Below are positions 26,392 to 32,000 of a DNA stretch of 32,000 nucleotides, one piece after another. The stretch's first letter is position 1. The number at the start of each line of letters is the position of its first letter. The notes below the pieces were generated by a model. The model saw only the letters and a list, made by a program, of their open reading frames with translations. It did no database searches and was not told where the DNA came from. Both the position numbers and the translations under genes were made by a program. Source of the DNA: Patescibacteria group bacterium. GTDB lineage: Bacteria; Patescibacteriota; Minisyncoccia; UBA6257; HR35. Location of the stretch: positions 1 to 32,000 of the forward strand of contig JAMCWY010000015.1 of the NCBI GenBank assembly GCA_023480925.1, given 5' to 3'.

Positions 26392-27327
26392 ATGATTAGA
26401 CCAGTCAAGACGAAAGCAAAGAGAAAGAAAAAAAAATTAAATTGGCCGGCTGGTTTTACCTTGATTGAAATTTTAATTTACTTCGCCATTTTGATGATCT
26501 TGATTGTCATTCTTTTCCCGATCTTGAGTCGGTTTTTAACTTACAGCAGTTCTTATCAAAATAAAATGTTTTTGCGGTCGGAGTCGGACAAGGTTTTTCA
26601 ACGTTTAGCTAACGACGCGGCTATTGCCGATAAAGTTGTTTTGTTGCCGGATTGGGGTATTGATTTTATTTTCACGCCCAGTTCAAGCCAGGAAATTCGA
26701 ATGAGCCAAGCTAACTCGATCGGAGCGGGCGGCGCTCTTTCCGGTTATGGCTGGCTTTATCAAGCCGGCGGCCTCAGCCTTAACTGCGCCGACCTTGGCG
26801 TTTGCGCCAGCAGCAATTATGACGTTATCCGGGTCGCTTCAACTTCTTGTTTGACCGCCGCTTCTTCAACGCCGATCAGCGGTTACGCTTACAGCGGTTA
26901 CAGCTGGTCGCCCGTGATCGGTTGGTTGAAGTGGCGCGAGGCTGATCCGACCGAACCGGTTTACGGCGTTTGCGAAAACGGAACCACTAACGCTTTGAGT
27001 GGTTATGGTTGGAACGATTTGGTTGGTTGGATTCATTTTAACGGCAGTAATTACGGCGTCAGCGACTCGACCAGCACTTTGGTTGGCGACGCTTGGAACG
27101 ATACGATCGGTTGGTTGAGATTCGACGGTTCGAATCAGACGATTTATCTTTTAGAGCAAACAACTTCGACTTCGATCGAGCTGCCGATTTTAGATCCAAC
27201 CGTGAGCGTGACTAATTTCCAAATTATGCCAGTCGGTCGGACGATTCAATTCGGTTTAGGTTTGGCTGATGTTGGAAAGCAATTAAGTCAGTTCGCGACA
27301 ACGACGATTTATCAATGGTCAAGATAA
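26392..27327 (+). CDS. Type IV pilin-like protein with a prepilin cleavage/methylation N-terminus and a GW-repeat C-terminal domain
   Basis: A basic 21-aa leader ends in G, followed by FTLIEILIYFAILMILIVILFP (Glu at +5, Pro at +22). Four repeats of the form S-G-Y-G-W-x-x-x-I-G-W-I-x-F follow. Confidence 0.8.
   Translation: MIRPVKTKAKRKKKKLNWPAGFTLIEILIYFAILMILIVILFPILSRFLTYSSSYQNKMFLRSESDKVFQRLANDAAIADKVVLLPDWGIDFIFTPSSSQEIRMSQANSIGAGGALSGYGWLYQAGGLSLNCADLGVCASSNYDVIRVASTSCLTAASSTPISGYAYSGYSWSPVIGWLKWREADPTEPVYGVCENGTTNALSGYGWNDLVGWIHFNGSNYGVSDSTSTLVGDAWNDTIGWLRFDGSNQTIYLLEQTTSTSIELPILDPTVSVTNFQIMPVGRTIQFGLGLADVGKQLSQFATTTIYQWSR
26734..27135 (+). repeat. Protein-level tandem repeats (4 copies) inside the pilin-like gene
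   Basis: The copies are ALSGYGWLYQAGGLSLN, ISGYAYSGYSWSPVIGWLKWRE, ALSGYGWNDLVGWIHFNGSN and LVGDAWNDTIGWLRFDGSN. Confidence 0.8.
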
Positions 27328-27728
27328 AAAATCGGGGTCAGGTCCTTTTCGGTATCGTTTTGATATTTTTGTTGATCGCTCTATTTTTCGTCATTAGTTT
27401 AAACTCTTTGCTGGTTAACGAAGTTTCGAACGGTCAGGCTTTAATCCAGAGCGTTCAGGCGAAGGCCGCCGCTTTTTCCGGCTTAGAGCTAGCTTTGGAA
27501 CAAATCGCCGCCCAGCCGGGCACGACGACGGCGACGACAACGATCAATTTTAACGGCAGTTCGGTTAATTATTTAATCAGTACGACTTCGGCCAACACTT
27601 CAATTGTTTTAGTTCAGTCAACAACCGTCAGAACGTCCACCACGATTAACATCGTTGGCGAAAGTTTCAAGACGACAGTTTTAACTTCCGGCAATAAAAT
27701 TAGCCAAGTCAAGATTAGTTCGAATTAA
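27315..27728 (+). CDS. PilX-like minor pilin / pilus assembly protein
   Basis: NRGQVLFGIVLIFLLIALFFVISL followed by AKAAAFSGLELALEQI resembles the PilX N-terminal domain. Its start overlaps the upstream gene by 13 nt. Confidence 0.55.
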   Translation: MVKIKNRGQVLFGIVLIFLLIALFFVISLNSLLVNEVSNGQALIQSVQAKAAAFSGLELALEQIAAQPGTTTATTTINFNGSSVNYLISTTSANTSIVLVQSTTVRTSTTINIVGESFKTTVLTSGNKISQVKISSN

Positions 27729-27780
27729 GAAGATTGAAATAAAAAATTAAAATAATAACGTATTAAAACTTATTAATTTT

Positions 27781-27869
27781 GCTGAGGTGGCGAAATTGGC
27801 AGACGCGCAAGGTTCAGGGCCTTGTCCTTGGTAACAAGGATGTGGGTTCGACTCCCACCCTCAGCACCA
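27781..27869 (+). tRNA. tRNA-Leu (anticodon CAG), class II with a long variable arm, CCA encoded
   Basis: It was folded by hand. The acceptor stem pairs GCTGAGG with CCTCAGC, and the D stem pairs GCG with CGC. The anticodon stem pairs CAAGG with CCTTG around the loop TTCAGGG. The variable arm pairs CCTTG with CAAGG around GTAA. The T arm is GTGGG-TTCGACT-CCCAC, followed by discriminator A and CCA. Confidence 0.92.
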
Positions 27870-27995
27870 AAGCGATCAAAGTTAAAAATTGATCCAGTCT
27901 GAAATTAATTTAATCTTTAGCCTTCCGATCAAAGATCCGGCGGCTAAAAAGTTTATTCGTCGCAACTTGAAGTTGAGAATAAAAAATAAATAGCA

Positions 27996-29777
27996 ATGGC
28001 AAATCCAATTGTTTTGGAAAAAATCAAAAGAGAAGCTCGATCGAAGTCGAAAAAGGAAATAATTAAAGAACCAATTGATGGCGTTTTAAGAATTATCCCG
28101 CTCGGCGGCTTGGAAGAGGTTGGTCGCAATCTGACCGCGCTCGAGTGGCGGCAAAAAAATGGTCAATCGGAAATAATCATTATTGACGTTGGCATCGGTT
28201 TCCCGGAATCGGAAATTATGCCTGGAATAGATTTTATCATTCCCAATACCGAGTACTTGGAAAAAAACAAGGAGAACATTTTGGCGATCCTAATCACGCA
28301 TGGCCACTACGACCACATTGGCGCCTTGCCTTACCTGCTTGAAAAAATTGGCAATCCGATTATTTACACCGCGCCTCTGACCAAGGGCCTAATTCTTAAA
28401 CGTCAAGCCGATTTCCCCGAAGCGGTTAAACCCGCGATTGAGGAAATTAAAAAAACCGGCTATCGGCCGATTAGGCTTGGCCATTTTACGATTGAGTATT
28501 TTCACGTTAATCACAGCATTCCCGACTCGCTTGGCTTTTTTATCAAAACGCCGGTCGGTAATATTATGCACACCGGCGATTTTAAAATAGACTTTACGCC
28601 GGTTTTTGATCAGCCGGCCGACCTGGGCCGCGTTGTCCAATTGGCCGAAGAGGGCGTTAAGGTTTTGATGATGGATTCAACTAACGCCAATAATCCCGGC
28701 CATCTTGTCTCGGAAAGAAAAATTATGGAAAACCTCGAGTTGATTTTTCAGAAAGCAAAAGGTCGGGTTATCGCCGCGACTTTCGCTTCTTTACTTGAAC
28801 GAATCCAACAGTTAATTTATCTCTCCGGTGTTTACGGCCGGAAGGTTGTGATCGAAGGTCATTCGATGAAAATTAACACCGAGGTGGCGAAAAGACTTAA
28901 TTATCTCAGCTACCCCAAGGGCATTTTTATCCGGCCGGAGGAATCTTTAAAAATGCCGCCGCATCAGGTTTCAATCTTTTGCACCGGTTCTCAGGCCGAA
29001 GACGGTTCGGTCTTGAGCAAGATTGCCGACCGCGAACATCGTTACTTTCGGATTATTCCAAACGACACGGTTGTTTTTTCTTCTTCAATCATTCCCGGCA
29101 ACGAAAATGTCGTTCAGGATTTAAAGGATGTTTTAGTCCGACAGGGCGCGAAAATTATTCATTACCAGATGATGGATATTCATGCTTCCGGCCACGCCTT
29201 CGCCGATGACATCAGATTATTTACGAGTTTGGTCAAACCGGAATATCTGATGCCGGTTCACGGCTACTTTCATATGCAGAAAGCGGTTGAGGAAATTGGC
29301 GTTGAGCTTGGCCTTCCTCGAGAAAACATCATTATCGCTCAAAACGGTTCCGTGGTCGAAGTTAAATCGAACAAGGTTGTTTTAAGCCAAGAGCGTCAAC
29401 CGGCCAATCTTGTTTATGTTGACGGTTTGGGCGTTGGCGATATCGGCGAAGTTGTTTTGCGCGATCGTCAAACGCTCGCCCAAGACGGAATTTTTGTCGT
29501 GATCGTGACGGTTGACAGTCAGACCGGCGATACCAGAACCAGCCCGGATATTATTTCTCGCGGTTTTGTTTATCTGAAAGAATCGAAAGAGCTTTTGCGC
29601 GAAACGAGGGATTTAATCAAACGCGTGATCGAAAAGAACGTTAGGTTTTTGGGCGAGGAGTCGCCAATCATTCAGGATGAACAAATCAAGTATCGGTTGA
29701 AAGAAGAAGTGGCCGAGTTTTTGTTTAAACGAACAAAACGTCGACCGATGGTTCTGCCGGTCGTAATCAAAATTTAA
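27996..29777 (+). CDS. rnj: Ribonuclease J (metallo-beta-lactamase / beta-CASP)
   Basis: It has the HGHYDHIG motif, the beta-CASP region, ASGHA and PVHG motifs, and a C-terminal domain. Confidence 0.9.
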   Translation: MANPIVLEKIKREARSKSKKEIIKEPIDGVLRIIPLGGLEEVGRNLTALEWRQKNGQSEIIIIDVGIGFPESEIMPGIDFIIPNTEYLEKNKENILAILITHGHYDHIGALPYLLEKIGNPIIYTAPLTKGLILKRQADFPEAVKPAIEEIKKTGYRPIRLGHFTIEYFHVNHSIPDSLGFFIKTPVGNIMHTGDFKIDFTPVFDQPADLGRVVQLAEEGVKVLMMDSTNANNPGHLVSERKIMENLELIFQKAKGRVIAATFASLLERIQQLIYLSGVYGRKVVIEGHSMKINTEVAKRLNYLSYPKGIFIRPEESLKMPPHQVSIFCTGSQAEDGSVLSKIADREHRYFRIIPNDTVVFSSSIIPGNENVVQDLKDVLVRQGAKIIHYQMMDIHASGHAFADDIRLFTSLVKPEYLMPVHGYFHMQKAVEEIGVELGLPRENIIIAQNGSVVEVKSNKVVLSQERQPANLVYVDGLGVGDIGEVVLRDRQTLAQDGIFVVIVTVDSQTGDTRTSPDIISRGFVYLKESKELLRETRDLIKRVIEKNVRFLGEESPIIQDEQIKYRLKEEVAEFLFKRTKRRPMVLPVVIKI

Positions 29778-29803
29778 CCAAAATAATTTTAAATAATTTG
29801 GCG

Positions 29804-30850
29804 ATGCTAATTTTGGCGATCGAGACAACTTGTGACGAAACCGGTTTGGCCCTGGTTGATTTTCGGGTCGATGCGGACGCCGACGAAGTTAAAATTTTGG
29901 CTGAAGAGTTACGGTCTCAATTTAGCCTTCACCGAAAATATGGCGGCGTTGTCCCAATTTTGGCCAGCCGGGCTCATCGAAAAAACTTGCCGATTCTTTA
30001 CGAGCGGATTAAAAACAAATTCGATCTTAAAAAAATTGACGCGATTGCTTTCGCTGTTGGCCCGGGTTTGCCGCCAGCCTTGATCGCCGGAAAAGAGTTT
30101 GTGATCAAGATCGCCGAAGAATTGGATAAAAAAATTATTCCGGTTAATCATATGTGTGGTCATCTTTATTCCGTTCTGGTGGCGAAAAAGAAAAAAGCGG
30201 TTTGGCAAAAATTAAAAAAAATTATTTTTCCGGCTCTTGGTTTAGTCGTCTCGGGCGGCCACACCGAACTTTTAGCGATGGATTCGCTGACGCGATTCAA
30301 AAAATTAGGCGAGACCTTGGACGACGCTGTTGGTGAAAGTTTGGACAAGGCCGGCCGCTTATTAGAACTGCCTTATCCGGGCGGACCGAATTTGGAAAAA
30401 CTGGCTTTAAGAGGAAAACCGTTTTTTTCTTTGCCTCAGCCAATGTCGAGGCAGAAAAGTTTTAATTTTAGTTTTTCCGGTTTAAAGACCGCTTTGGCCG
30501 AAAAGGTTGATGAACTTAAAAAAATTAATCGGTTCAATCAGGAGATTAAACAAGACCTGGCTTGTTCTTACCAAAAGGCCACTTTTGAATCTTTGATTTT
30601 TAAATTAAAATCAGCCGCGGAAAATTTTCAGCCGAAATCAATTCTGGTCAGCGGCGGCGTCAGCGCCAATTTAACTTTAAGAAAGTTTTTAATCAAAATT
30701 TTTCCTAAGAAAAAAATATTTTTTCCGGCCAAGGGTTTGGAAACCGATGACGGCGTTAAGGTCGCCTTAGCCGGTTATTTCGCTCTTAAAAACAAAATTG
30801 AGCTAAAAGAAAGTTTTAGTTTGGATATTGATTCGAATTTGGATCTTTAA
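29804..30850 (+). CDS. tsaD: tRNA N6-adenosine threonylcarbamoyltransferase TsaD (Kae1/Qri7 family)
   Basis: It has ILAIETTCDETGLALV, the metal-binding motif VNHMCGHL and VSGGHTELL. The ORF also opens at TTG 29798. Confidence 0.9.
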   Translation: MLILAIETTCDETGLALVDFRVDADADEVKILAEELRSQFSLHRKYGGVVPILASRAHRKNLPILYERIKNKFDLKKIDAIAFAVGPGLPPALIAGKEFVIKIAEELDKKIIPVNHMCGHLYSVLVAKKKKAVWQKLKKIIFPALGLVVSGGHTELLAMDSLTRFKKLGETLDDAVGESLDKAGRLLELPYPGGPNLEKLALRGKPFFSLPQPMSRQKSFNFSFSGLKTALAEKVDELKKINRFNQEIKQDLACSYQKATFESLIFKLKSAAENFQPKSILVSGGVSANLTLRKFLIKIFPKKKIFFPAKGLETDDGVKVALAGYFALKNKIELKESFSLDIDSNLDL

Positions 30851-30969
30851 TTTTTACTCGATTCAATTCGGTTTATCGCCAAAGCGTCATTAATTAAGCC
30901 TGTAATTTCAAGCGGTTTCAGTCTAATTCTTCGGCCCAAACCGACGCTGATAGTTTATAATAATAAATT

Positions 30970-32000
30970 ATGACCGAAGCGGCTAAACATTACAATCCCA
31001 AAGAAATCGAGCGGAAGATTTACGAAAAATGGCAGCCATTTTTTAAGGTTGGAAAACAAAAAGGCAAAAAAACTTTTATCGCCCTAATCGCGCCGCCAAA
31101 TATCACCGGCGTTCTTCATCTTGGCCACGCTTTGGAAAATACTATGATTGATATTATGGCTCGGTATCACCGTTTTAAGGGTGACCGAGTTATCTGGTTG
31201 CCTGGGACGGATCATGCTTCGATTTCGACCCAAAACGTGGTCGAGAAAAAATTAAAAAAACAGGGTTTGACTCGATTTGATCTCGGCCGAAAAAAGTTTC
31301 TCGAAGAAGTTTGGCGTTGGCGCGATCAGTTCGGCGACTTGATTCTTGAACAGTTCAAGCGAATTGGCATCAGTCCCGACTGGTCGAGAATCAGATTTAC
31401 TCTGGATAAGGAGTACGTCAAAACCGTCGAGGATGCCTTTATTCACTACTATAAAAAAGGTTTGATCTACCGCGATGACCGCGCTATTAACTTTTGTCCG
31501 CGTTGCCAGACGAGTTTGTCCGATTTGGAAATCGATTGGCGCGAAAATAACGGCAATCTTTTTTACATCCGCTATAAAATTAAAGCCGGTTCGAACGAAG
31601 ATTTGATTGTTGCGACGACTCGGCCCGAAACGATCTTGGCCGATGTCGCCTTGGCTGTTAGCCCAACGGACAAACGATATCAAAAATATCTCGGCGAAAA
31701 AGCGATCTTGCCACTGGTCAACCGTGAAATTTTAATTATCGCGGATAAGCGGGTTGATCCAAATTTTGGCACGGGTGTTTTGAAGATAACGCCGGCTCAC
31801 AGTCTGATTGATTATGAAATCGCTCAACGTCACTCCTTGCCGATGATATCGGTGATTGACCAGGAGGCTAAAATTTGCAACTCCTTGCCGGAATTCAACG
31901 GTTTGGATTGGCTCGAAGCGCGCGAGAAAATTATCGAACGATTAAAAGCGATCCAGGCTTTGGAAAAAATCGAAGTCTACCAACACTCGTTGCCGTACTG
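30970..32000 (+). CDS. valS: Valyl-tRNA synthetase, N-terminal part (runs off the window)
   Basis: I translated it manually from ATG 30970. It reads MTEAAKHYNPKEIERKIYEKW, then PPNITGVLHLGHAL (the HIGH motif). Further on come WLPGTDHASI, TTRPETILADVALAV and GTGVLKITPAHS. It is absent from the ORF track because there is no stop in the window. Confidence 0.93.
   Translation, partial: MTEAAKHYNPKEIERKIYEKWQPFFKVGKQKGKKTFIALIAPPNITGVLHLGHALENTMIDIMARYHRFKGDRVIWLPGTDHASISTQNVVEKKLKKQGLTRFDLGRKKFLEEVWRWRDQFGDLILEQFKRIGISPDWSRIRFTLDKEYVKTVEDAFIHYYKKGLIYRDDRAINFCPRCQTSLSDLEIDWRENNGNLFYIRYKIKAGSNEDLIVATTRPETILADVALAVSPTDKRYQKYLGEKAILPLVNREILIIADKRVDPNFGTGVLKITPAHSLIDYEIAQRHSLPMISVIDQEAKICNSLPEFNGLDWLEAREKIIERLKAIQALEKIEVYQHSLPY

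Noticed and set aside
25952-27995. The pilin module as a tRNA-Leu-targeted genomic island.
   Set aside because: I could see no integrase and no direct repeat of the tRNA 3' end upstream of the module, and the genes are tightly joined to fusA.
30851-30969. A T-box or other leader upstream of valS, and likewise upstream of gltX at 5019-5038.
   Set aside because: The spacers are far too short (119 nt and 20 nt) and lack specifier or T-box sequences.
31252-31683. A 143-aa minus-strand ORF.
   Set aside because: It is antisense to an unmistakable valS reading frame that the track missed only because it lacks a stop in the window.
1-32000. CRISPR arrays, IS elements or transposases, integrases, toxin-antitoxin pairs, restriction-modification or other defence genes, and an alternative genetic code (UGA recoding).
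   Set aside because: I saw no spaced direct repeats and no matching protein motifs. gltX and ctc terminate at TGA where their homologues end, and no conserved gene needs an in-frame stop read through. Code 11 fits.

Overview
This 32-kb window (roughly 40-45% GC by eye) is tightly packed and almost entirely housekeeping. Standard genetic code applies, since conserved genes end at TGA.

I support about 30 protein genes, one RNase P RNA and one tRNA-Leu(CAG):
- + strand, 1-6768: yebC (3' fragment), a tiny hyper-acidic ORF, tsaE, polA, an orphan histidine kinase, gltX and a small membrane ORF.
- - strand, 6867-8677: a DEDDh-exonuclease/RNase H fusion and recO.
- + strand, 8676-13206: ctpA, rplI, ctc (L25), a coiled-coil lytic transglycosylase and a secreted protein.
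- - strand, 13427-22040: murD, apgM, dgkA, pgk, comM, a DUF2079-like membrane protein and a Ppm1/DPM1-like GT2.
- + strand, 22128-32000: rnpB, rpsL, rpsG, fusA, three pilin-like genes, tRNA-Leu, rnj, tsaD and valS (5' part).

The gene set and style suggest a reduced-genome, CPR/Patescibacteria-like bacterium. These features include archaeal-type ApgM, compact overlapping genes, start sites with few Shine-Dalgarno motifs and pilins with GW repeats. That placement is inference, not proof.

I found no CRISPR array, transposase, integrase, toxin-antitoxin pair or recognisable defence system.

The best leads are:
1. A three-gene type-IV-pilin-like module sits where tuf normally follows fusA. One of its proteins carries a repeated S-G-Y-G-W...I-G-W-I-x-F motif.
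2. The palindrome CGATCG is strongly over-represented across the window, in all codon phases, in a HIP1-like way.
3. A DEDDh exonuclease is fused to RNase H, alongside a PolA whose proofreading motifs look degenerate.
4. recO and ctpA are divergent and their start codons overlap. Several operon-first genes also show leaderless-like promoter geometry.

None of these is a demonstrably new system from sequence alone.
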